A stretch of 64,000 nucleotides of DNA. Origin: a virus. The notes below the pieces were generated by a model. It saw only the letters and a program-made list of their open reading frames with translations, made no database searches and was not told where the DNA came from. Of the stretch, positions 56,450 to 64,000 are shown one piece after another; within the stretch, counting starts at the first letter, position 1; every line of letters begins with the position of its first letter. The translations under genes were made by a program, and so were the position numbers. The stretch is taken from positions 1 to 64,000 of IMG/VR virus record IMGVR_UViG_3300032006_000003. The stretch is one strand, 5' to 3'.

Positions 56450-57262
56450 TTATAAATAACCTTCTCGTGAACGGGAAACTAATTGCATTGTAAAATCCCA
56501 CCTATCTTCTTTAGCAGCATTTAATTGAAATCGTGCCTGTTGAATGGCTACTTGATAAATACCACCACCTGTTGAACCATGTGTATGCGAACCAGAGCCA
56601 TGAGTATGTGTTAATAATTCATGGTGTTCGGCGGCTCCGACTTCTAACTCTAAATTTATATCGTTTTCCGCAACTAATGTATATATATGATCCTCTAATT
56701 TATTTTTATATGGAATATAGTAATTTAAAGTTTGCCCCGTATGTTCTACAACAGAAGCATTAGCATAATTACTTTGAAATCCACTAGTTACGGTTATATT
56801 ACCCGGTCTTACTGCAAGATCAGGATTACCTTTGGCGGGAGCAATTGAACTTATAGTTCTTGGATTTGATGTATCTCCATTAATAATAATCGAGTAGCCT
56901 ACTTGAAGTCCATTAACATTTGCTACAGAGCATGTTACACCAGTTCCAGACGCTGCTGTAAGGGTAGTCGCTACATGTTTATTTGTATGGGGAATAATTT
57001 CCATTCCTTCAAAATCAATTACGCTATCTCCTCCTGTTTTAGTAGTATTTGTATTAACTGATGACCCATCAACTATTCCAGTTAAGGTAATTGATGGACG
57101 AAACATACCAATATCTAGTAGTATTGGGGATAGTCGTGCTACTGGAATTTGAATGGGTGTCTTTGTAACTTGAACAGCTACATCAGAACATTTTAATGCG
57201 TAACGTATTTTAGTTGCTAATGCATGAGGACCATTTCTAAATAAAACTGCTATATCTGCCAT
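56450..57262 (-). CDS. distal tail (Dit-like) protein
   Basis: Position after the tape measure; ITLTGIV..WDFTMQL. Confidence 0.55.
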   Translation of the reverse strand: MADIAVLFRNGPHALATKIRYALKCSDVAVQVTKTPIQIPVARLSPILLDIGMFRPSITLTGIVDGSSVNTNTTKTGGDSVIDFEGMEIIPHTNKHVATTLTAASGTGVTCSVANVNGLQVGYSIIINGDTSNPRTISSIAPAKGNPDLAVRPGNITVTSGFQSNYANASVVEHTGQTLNYYIPYKNKLEDHIYTLVAENDINLELEVGAAEHHELLTHTHGSGSHTHGSTGGGIYQVAIQQARFQLNAAKEDRWDFTMQLVSRSREGYL

Positions 57263-57271
57263 TAAATTCTC

Positions 57272-58936
57272 CTATCTTAATACGTTACTGGCATCTACTT
57301 CAACTCTATGCCCCGCCGCAATTAATTCCGTATAATGATTAAAAGATTCTGCCCAAGACATTTGATAATATTGTTCAGGACCATGTCCCATCGGACCTCC
57401 GAATTGTACTGTAAATGTTACGTTACCGGGTGTAACCTCACCTCCCGGAACCCACGGTTTTTGTCCTGAACCTACATATTTCCAGATATTTGCCATAGAC
57501 GCTACGCCCAAATCTCCTGTCCCTCCAAAGGCCATTCTCCATGCCATATCCCATATACCTGATTCTTTATTTATACCTTCTATACCTACTTCTGTACCAG
57601 CAAAACTTTGCATTTGATTCATGAATTTACCAGCCCAATTCTGCATATAATTTGGATCATTTAACTTTTCAGGAGTTAACAGTTGAAATTGGCGATTTAA
57701 TTCATCTTGCATTCCTGCATAAGCACCGCCAAGACCTATCATCGCTGGAAGTAACGCCATCATCATCATAGGACTTCGTGATTTACCAAAGGCGATATCA
57801 GTTGCTCCTTCCGCATAACGTAAAAATTTCATGGCTTGTAGGGAATCGACCATGTCTACTCGACCTTCAGGAACACCAGCAGCTTGTATTGCATCAGCTA
57901 TTAGCTTTCTTTCATGTTGATCTGCCAACCATTCCTTACCAATTTTATATGCACCGCCCATTATTGCGAAAACTTGTCCTGCCCTTCCTAATTTAGCTAA
58001 TGCTCCTGCTCCTGCTTTTGTATAAATATTAACTCTCTTCCCCTCAATTTCTCTAAAACCTAGCGAATAATCTCTTGCTTGTTTAGTTAAATTGGCTAAA
58101 CCCGCAGGAATTTTGCCTCCCATAATAGCTTTTTGACTTAGTCCGCCCCATGAAGCTACTTTTCGTCCTGTATCCGCTATACTAGTCACAACTTTCCCAA
58201 CTCTACCTGATTTACCTACATCCCCAGCAGCATCCGCAGTAGCAGAGGCCGCTTTCCCTAATCCGGGAGAAGCTGCCCATTTCAATGCTCCCCACCCTAA
58301 TCCAATAGCAAGCGGAGCGATTTTAAAAGAAAGTTTTCGCATCATAGCCAAGGCGATTATTCCACCAATCGTGGACCAACCGGGATGATCTCCCATCCAT
58401 TCAGTTATGCCTGCTACTAGACCTTTAGCAAACCCTAGTCCATGATCGTCCATCCAACCCTGCATCTTCTGACTAAGAATTTCCATTCCTGATTCCCAAC
58501 CGCCCGCAAAAACAGTTCTTAACCAATTCCACAGAGGAGTTAATATTTCGACTAGCCGATCAATTTTTTTCTGCGCCCAATCTGCAACAACAGGAACTTT
58601 ACTTGCAAGCCATTGCATAGCAGGAATTAAAATAGGCATTAATGGAGCCAACATAACGTCAACCATTGCTCCAAAAATTTGGAATAAAGAACCTACATAG
58701 CTAGTAAAAATCTGAGATTGTTTTAACATAGACTTTAAACTGACTTCAATTCCCATCTGTTTAAAGAAGCCTGTTAAAGGAGGAACACGGTTTTGTATTT
58801 CTCTCTGTACATTTTTAAGTCCAGCCTGTATTTCGGCTGGCATGTCACCGGGAACTGCTGGGGACCCACCACCGTTGGCGACCGCCGCAGCCCCTTCGGA
58901 CTGAAACTTAATAAAATACGTTGCACCTGATGCCAT
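57272..58936 (-). CDS. tail tape measure protein
   Basis: Helical G/A-rich protein downstream of the frameshifting chaperone. Confidence 0.7.
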   Translation of the reverse strand: MASGATYFIKFQSEGAAAVANGGGSPAVPGDMPAEIQAGLKNVQREIQNRVPPLTGFFKQMGIEVSLKSMLKQSQIFTSYVGSLFQIFGAMVDVMLAPLMPILIPAMQWLASKVPVVADWAQKKIDRLVEILTPLWNWLRTVFAGGWESGMEILSQKMQGWMDDHGLGFAKGLVAGITEWMGDHPGWSTIGGIIALAMMRKLSFKIAPLAIGLGWGALKWAASPGLGKAASATADAAGDVGKSGRVGKVVTSIADTGRKVASWGGLSQKAIMGGKIPAGLANLTKQARDYSLGFREIEGKRVNIYTKAGAGALAKLGRAGQVFAIMGGAYKIGKEWLADQHERKLIADAIQAAGVPEGRVDMVDSLQAMKFLRYAEGATDIAFGKSRSPMMMMALLPAMIGLGGAYAGMQDELNRQFQLLTPEKLNDPNYMQNWAGKFMNQMQSFAGTEVGIEGINKESGIWDMAWRMAFGGTGDLGVASMANIWKYVGSGQKPWVPGGEVTPGNVTFTVQFGGPMGHGPEQYYQMSWAESFNHYTELIAAGHRVEVDASNVLR

Positions 58937-59157
58937 TAACGCATACTCCTTGCTTGCTGTTGCTGTTGACGTTCCTCTATTGCTAGTTCAACGCCTAATA
59001 TAACTGCGATATCCGTTTCTCCTAGTTCCTCTATCTTATCCCACGGAATACCTAATCTCAACAATTTTAGTATTACCGTCCAATACTGAAATACTAAGCC
59101 CTCAGTTTGAGAAGTTCCTTGTACTCCCGCAAGAAAAACTAGGACTCGTCTTTTAAA
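58936..59157 (-). CDS. tail assembly chaperone -1 frameshift extension (gpGT-like)
   Basis: T-TTA-AAA at 59157-59151; the -1 frame RRVLVFLAG...QQARSMR ends in TAATG with the tape measure start. Confidence 0.8.
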   Translation of the reverse strand, partial: FKRRVLVFLAGVQGTSQTEGLVFQYWTVILKLLRLGIPWDKIEELGETDIAVILGVELAIEERQQQQQARSMR

Positions 59158-59567
59158 TTGTCAATCTGTTCTAAACCTCCTGCTTCTGTATCATCTCCAC
59201 CAAATGCTTTTGGTACGACTTCTTCCAAGGCTCCTCCTAATCGTTCATCAATTGAAAGTAGAAAACTTTCAGTCGTCTTTCCCCACGGAGCATCAACAAT
59301 CATTTCTCGTAAACACATTCGTACATAGGCATCTCCATCAAAAGATGTTTGTCCATCAGTTCCCCACTTAACCGCCTTTGAAAGAATTTGATTCCGTCTA
59401 GCCCATGAAAGCTTTTTAACTTGTACTTCAAATGTTTCTTTTGTATCCTCTATTGTAAGAGTCTGTGTTTCTGGTGTCGTTGTAATTTGGTAATTTTTAA
59501 AATCAAAGGGTTTCCCTATTTCCTGTGCTTTAAAATTTTCCTGTGCTGTTTGCTTTTCTTCTGCCAT
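59139..59567 (-). CDS. tail assembly chaperone (gpG-like)
   Basis: Between tube and tape measure; slippery site at its end. Confidence 0.75.
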   Translation of the reverse strand: MAEEKQTAQENFKAQEIGKPFDFKNYQITTTPETQTLTIEDTKETFEVQVKKLSWARRNQILSKAVKWGTDGQTSFDGDAYVRMCLREMIVDAPWGKTTESFLLSIDERLGGALEEVVPKAFGGDDTEAGGLEQIDNLKDES

Positions 59568-59584
59568 CTAGTCCTCCTCATAAT

Positions 59585-61468
59585 CTATGGATAAAAATAT
59601 TCTGAATCTGAAATTTTAATTTTTAAATTTGGAACCATAAAGTTAACTGATTGTTCCATTGGATTGGCCCCATCTACATTAATGGGAGCCGCTGTTAATA
59701 TTGCACCTTGATTTAATCCTCCTTCTCCTTCTGCTCCATCACTTGGAATCTGAATAGAGATTTGATCCGCCGAGTTATTGGCTCGTTGGAATATTAAACT
59801 AATTGTAACACCTTCTAAGTTAGTATAGTTACTTGATGTTGGGTGATCACTAGCCTGCATTATTTCTTTAAACAAGCTATGCTGAGTCGCAGACACGAAA
59901 TCTGCTGAATCAGGCAATCCAACTGTCGCCGTCATACTATAAGTACGTTGCCCTTCAAAAATCTCTTTAGGTCCTCTATTATCATTTCCTCTCTGTTCAA
60001 CATAATATTTTGGTTCTAATGCATTAGATATATCTAATGAGAAGTTTTGAATCCTTCCGACTGTAGTTCCAAAGAACTTAATCTCCCCCTCTGAAAAATA
60101 GTATGGTTCTGTAGTGGGCAAATATCTTCCATCCACATTTGAACTTCCACTTAATGCTGGTGATCCAATATCTGTCTTTGCAATATCATGCATAAAGGTA
60201 AAGCCTCTAACATTTTCTGATGATGTAAGCTGTCCTGTATTTGAACCAGAACTATCAGAAAGGGCTATATTATGATTCATTCCTAAGAAAGAGGACGCAT
60301 TCCAATCGCATGTAATTAAACCCCCTGCATCTGCACTTAATGTAAGCCCGTCTATTTTACCGCCATAATATCTTCTTTGGAAAGCATTAGCCCCCTCATC
60401 ATCCTTTACATTAACATTCCACGCAAGAGAGGGTAATTTAACGTCTTCCATTAGATGGTGTACGAAGGTTGCTCCAGAAGCAGCTATGCTTGTTGTTGTC
60501 CCACTATTCGATCCACTTTCATGATCAAAGAATAAAGGATAGTTAAGTCTAATAAATGCATCGTGTGCTAGGGTTCCTCCTCCTGAAACAACTCGACGAA
60601 TTTCTTGTCGAGCATCTGCTGTTGGAGTGGCTGATCCAGTTAATTGAGTCGAGCCTGCCGCCCCATTTCCTCCAAGACAGAGTGTTGCCCCATTAGCAAT
60701 CGCAACTGTGCCTGTACCACCCGTAGCTTTTACTTGTACCATTGGTGATCCTGCGGTTCCTACTATTCCAGCACAATTACTAATTGCAGACGGAGCAGCC
60801 GCTGGTACAGAAATTACTTTACCTAAAGGAAAACGAAGAGGGAATCCGTTTAACAATACCATACCTGATACAGAACCTGAATAAGCTTGCTGTCCTTTAT
60901 AGTATTGGTATACATTACGATTAGTATTTTGTCCTAAAACGTATCTCTGATCAAAAGATTCTTCAACGTCAGGGCAATCTACAGAGTCATAAACACCGGG
61001 AAACCATGTTATATATCTATCAATATCAGGTCCTCCATAATTAGAGGATTCTGCCTGTGATTGAGCCGTTAATCCAGCACTATAATCCATGTTGCGAACA
61101 ACTGCCCCAATTCCATGAGGAAAGGCTACAGGAGGATCGACTGTAACTGAGGTTCCACTTACATGTGTAACTCTACGTACTTCAGGAACAGAGTAATGAG
61201 TTACCGCTCCTGATGTAACCTGATTCGCTGTGGTAGCTGTAGAATCAATAATAATGAATCGTTGATCTAAGTCTGATCCTGAAACATGTGATCCTTTTAA
61301 ACTACCCGCAGATGCTAACGTAAGAACAGTATCTCCCGGATTTGTTGCCTCAGTAAGAGTAGTAGTTAACGTAGAACCTGACGGTAAAGGCGTAGCTAAC
61401 TGCGCTTCAGGCGGTCCTTCACCCGCTGCGAATGTAAATTGTGCTTGATCACTTCGATATATAGCCAT
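59585..61468 (-). CDS. tail tube protein with inserted domains
   Basis: YYGGKIDGLTL, NFSLDISNALEP, GQRTYSMT; no sheath gene seen. Confidence 0.7.
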   Translation of the reverse strand: MAIYRSDQAQFTFAAGEGPPEAQLATPLPSGSTLTTTLTEATNPGDTVLTLASAGSLKGSHVSGSDLDQRFIIIDSTATTANQVTSGAVTHYSVPEVRRVTHVSGTSVTVDPPVAFPHGIGAVVRNMDYSAGLTAQSQAESSNYGGPDIDRYITWFPGVYDSVDCPDVEESFDQRYVLGQNTNRNVYQYYKGQQAYSGSVSGMVLLNGFPLRFPLGKVISVPAAAPSAISNCAGIVGTAGSPMVQVKATGGTGTVAIANGATLCLGGNGAAGSTQLTGSATPTADARQEIRRVVSGGGTLAHDAFIRLNYPLFFDHESGSNSGTTTSIAASGATFVHHLMEDVKLPSLAWNVNVKDDEGANAFQRRYYGGKIDGLTLSADAGGLITCDWNASSFLGMNHNIALSDSSGSNTGQLTSSENVRGFTFMHDIAKTDIGSPALSGSSNVDGRYLPTTEPYYFSEGEIKFFGTTVGRIQNFSLDISNALEPKYYVEQRGNDNRGPKEIFEGQRTYSMTATVGLPDSADFVSATQHSLFKEIMQASDHPTSSNYTNLEGVTISLIFQRANNSADQISIQIPSDGAEGEGGLNQGAILTAAPINVDGANPMEQSVNFMVPNLKIKISDSEYFYP

Positions 61469-61504
61469 AATAAGTTCCCCCTATTAGTTTCTTGACCTAT
61501 TATA

Positions 61505-61514
61505 TATTATACTA
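61505..61514 (-). promoter_or_regulatory. putative late promoter TAGTATAATA
   Basis: Upstream of the tail tube gene. Confidence 0.55.
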
Positions 61515-61970
61515 GGTTTCGAGTAAAACCATTTGATTAACAACCTGTAAGCTTGCTATACCATGCCATAGATTTACTTGCTGTTGTGTCTCTTCATTAA
61601 AAGCTTCAAATTGTAATCGTTGAAAGTTTGTTAATGAATGTCTTCTTGCATGGCAAATACGTCTTACTTCTCGCATTAAATTATATAATTGTTGCCTACT
61701 TTTTCGTGTATAAATTTCCATTGATATATTATAAGTTCGATTTCCATATAACCAATTACCGATAGGTTCTTCTTCAAAAGAAGGAGAACCGGGTCTTGTA
61801 ACTATTACATCCCCTCTATTTAAATCAAATCTAATAGGGTCAGCTACATTATCTGTGCCTGTCCCCGTTGCCTCTAAAAAAGTGGGGGTAGTATTATCAA
61901 CATTACCCGTTGTCCATTGAGAATTAATCTCATCTAAAATTTCATTGGTAGGCATTGGTTCTGTAGGCAT
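61512..61970 (-). CDS. tail terminator/completion protein (putative)
   Basis: Position and size. Confidence 0.5.
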   Translation of the reverse strand: MPTEPMPTNEILDEINSQWTTGNVDNTTPTFLEATGTGTDNVADPIRFDLNRGDVIVTRPGSPSFEEEPIGNWLYGNRTYNISMEIYTRKSRQQLYNLMREVRRICHARRHSLTNFQRLQFEAFNEETQQQVNLWHGIASLQVVNQMVLLET

Positions 61971-63106
61971 TAAAAGACCTCAAAAGCTTTCAATCTGTCT
62001 AATTCATCCTGAACTTCTAATGACCATGATTCGGCTCTTTGGGCAGCCATAATTCGGTCTGCTCCACTAACTGTTAAATTACCGAAATCTCCAGATTGAA
62101 TAATATTTATTGCCGCTAATTTACGAGCCGCTTCGGTAATAATACCTGATTCTCGTTGATCTACATGGATATCTCGTCCTGCTAAATAGCTAATTTTAAT
62201 TGGTTGGGTAAACTCTCCACCTCCCCATCTCCATACAGGAGCATTATAAGAAGCGAATCTTGCGGGAAGTAAGAAATATCTTGAGAAGTGAACCATTCCT
62301 GTATCAGGAACATAGAAGAAATCATTTTTTCTTCCATACTCTTTTTTATCCCATGATGCGCCACTCCAAATTTCAACACTTAAAATCTTATAAATATCTG
62401 AATTTTGTGGTTTAAAACCATTTAAATTAAATTGATGATATTCATCTGTAATTAATGATGGTCGCCATGATTTACGAGTAGTAAAATCAATAAAAGATTG
62501 AGCAGCAATAATATAATCTTCTACAGTTTCTTTACTTGGAATTGTTGTTGTTGTAAAATCAGTTCCTCCTAAAATATTATTTAACTGCATAAATCTAAAT
62601 ACGTCGCCCGTTGTACAATAAGCATTTATAGGACGCATTTGAATTCTTTTAACTGTCGGATTTGCTGCTACAGTCGCAGCGGTTACTCTGACCCAATATT
62701 TAGTTGTACTGTTATGGGCTGTCTGCGCCCATCCAGATAACGTATTAGAAGGGAATTGTTCTATACCGTCTTCAGTAAAATCATATTGTTTACCTTCATC
62801 ATCATCAGGATCAAGATTGTATCGTCCTGATGCAGGAGTAAACGTAGTCCAACCTGTCCCTGTACCTATAGAATACTGCCATGTTAAGGCTCCAAGACTA
62901 CCAAAAGTATCTAAATCAAAAATAGCCATATCAAATTTTTCGGCATGACCTAAATAGAGGTAGTGGGCTGCACTATCAAAAATATCAAAGGTTGTTCCTG
63001 CTGGAGATTGTGCCTCCAAAGTCACATCCGTATAATTGCTAGATGCAGTCCCTGCCCCATCCCAATTAAATATGGTGTCAAAAAATAAGCTTGCTGATGA
63101 AGCCAT
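61970..63106 (-). CDS. head-tail adaptor with extra N-terminal domain (putative)
   Basis: AYCTTGDV..IIAAQSFID..IKISYLAG..EAARKLAA adaptor-like pattern. Confidence 0.6.
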   Translation of the reverse strand: MASSASLFFDTIFNWDGAGTASSNYTDVTLEAQSPAGTTFDIFDSAAHYLYLGHAEKFDMAIFDLDTFGSLGALTWQYSIGTGTGWTTFTPASGRYNLDPDDDEGKQYDFTEDGIEQFPSNTLSGWAQTAHNSTTKYWVRVTAATVAANPTVKRIQMRPINAYCTTGDVFRFMQLNNILGGTDFTTTTIPSKETVEDYIIAAQSFIDFTTRKSWRPSLITDEYHQFNLNGFKPQNSDIYKILSVEIWSGASWDKKEYGRKNDFFYVPDTGMVHFSRYFLLPARFASYNAPVWRWGGGEFTQPIKISYLAGRDIHVDQRESGIITEAARKLAAINIIQSGDFGNLTVSGADRIMAAQRAESWSLEVQDELDRLKAFEVF

Positions 63107-63114
63107 ATCCCCTC

Positions 63115-63381
63115 CTACGTAGTATTTACAGGATATTCAGTACTTCTCTCTAACTCATCTTCTACTATAACTGCTTCTTCCGTTTGAACTTCTTCTATTG
63201 GCTCTTCTTCAGGGGGTAATTTTCCTCGCAAATACATTGCCACCCCATTTAAATTCTGTATCTGTGTAACTAAATTTTCTCGTGCTGAGTTCATTTTGTT
63301 TAATTCTTCAACTAACTTAGTTAGCTGATCATTTACAGCATTCAAATCATTCTGCACATCTACTTCATTCATCGTGGTCAT
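63115..63381 (-). CDS. coiled-coil protein
   Basis: AGGAGG RBS. Confidence 0.6.
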   Translation of the reverse strand: MTTMNEVDVQNDLNAVNDQLTKLVEELNKMNSARENLVTQIQNLNGVAMYLRGKLPPEEEPIEEVQTEEAVIVEDELERSTEYPVNTT

Positions 63382-63476
63382 TCAAAACCTCCTATACTCT
63401 ACTTAGCTGAGAACCAATCGTTCTCTATATTATTATACCATATATATTTATATTTATTACTAACTACCAAAAATTA

Positions 63477-63839
63477 TTATGATGCACCTAAATCTTCTCC
63501 ACAGTCAGAACATTTAGTCGCATCATAATTATTCAAAGTAACTATACCATCTTCTATCCTACATTTATTAGGACATACTATTTTAAAATCCGTATTCTTC
63601 GTCCAATTGGAACCATCAAACTTATACTTATTTCCTACCCAATCTGCGGGTTCTGTGACCCCTGTATATTTAGTTGTGTTACTAGTCGTCATGGAAAGAA
63701 TAACAAGTTCTTCTGTAAGTTCATATTTATCTTCTGAAGTAGGAGAAACTACTGTTTCCGTACTACTGATAGTAATAGTTCTACCATCATTAAATACATA
63801 ATGAGATATACCTGTAGCTGTATCTACTAATGTTTGCAT
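63477..63839 (-). CDS. tail fibre-associated protein with Cys tail
   Basis: PADWVGNKYKFDG..W motif; CPNKC..CSDC. Confidence 0.55.
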   Translation of the reverse strand: MQTLVDTATGISHYVFNDGRTITISSTETVVSPTSEDKYELTEELVILSMTTSNTTKYTGVTEPADWVGNKYKFDGSNWTKNTDFKIVCPNKCRIEDGIVTLNNYDATKCSDCGEDLGAS

Positions 63840-63854
63840 AAAAAACCTCCTATA

Positions 63855-64000
63855 CTACCTAAATGCCCAACCTTTTGAACCGTCTACTAGTAGCTTAGTA
63901 GCTGATATTGCTCTCCCCACATATAGCGAGGCTTGATGCATATCTGGCAGACCATTTGCATAAAGAGTGCCGAACTCATTCATAAAATAATGTTGTCCGA
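63855..64000 (-). CDS. C-terminus of a virion fibre/decoration protein (partial)
   Basis: Manual translation GQHYFMNEFGTL...YVGRAISATKLLVDGSKGWAFR. Confidence 0.5.
   Translation of the reverse strand, partial: GQHYFMNEFGTLYANGLPDMHQASLYVGRAISATKLLVDGSKGWAFR

Noticed and set aside
373-63801. Plus-strand ORFs outside 16612-18498 and short nested minus-strand ORFs in the track
   Set aside because: They are antisense or off-frame shadows of well-supported genes, with no RBS or recognisable motifs.

Overview
This is a 64-kb segment of a large, AT-rich tailed phage (Caudoviricetes), probably with a non-contractile tail. Nearly all genes lie on the minus strand. Reading right to left, the order is: neck and tail genes (tube, chaperone with a -1 frameshift, tape measure, large tail-tip protein), a phage sigma factor, and a replication/recombination block (DnaB helicase, primase, SSB, PolA, MazG-like, RecA, Vsr-like, Cas4-like, UvsY-like, RuvC-like). 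Next come the terminases, a class II ribonucleotide reductase and redox island, portal, scaffold, major capsid and prohead protease, then several low-complexity candidate head-internal proteins. A short plus-strand island follows, and then about 16.5 kb of small early genes. The best observations are absent from the ORF track. (1) An NrdH/glutaredoxin gene has an in-frame TGA at the first Cys of its CxxC motif, followed by a SECIS-like hairpin, so it is a probable phage selenoprotein near nrdJ. (2) A 56-aa protein with 13 Cys resembles a metallothionein and is translationally coupled on both sides. (3) Five dispersed copies of a CACCTTGTGG-N16/17-TA(C/A)NAT promoter drive the early region. (4) A second motif, TAGTATAATA, lies upstream of late genes. 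(5) The prohead protease carries a HiPIP-like Cys module, and a recurring hydrophobic-x-K-(A/S) motif marks candidate cleavage sites in head proteins. All calls come from reading motifs by eye; no database searches were run.
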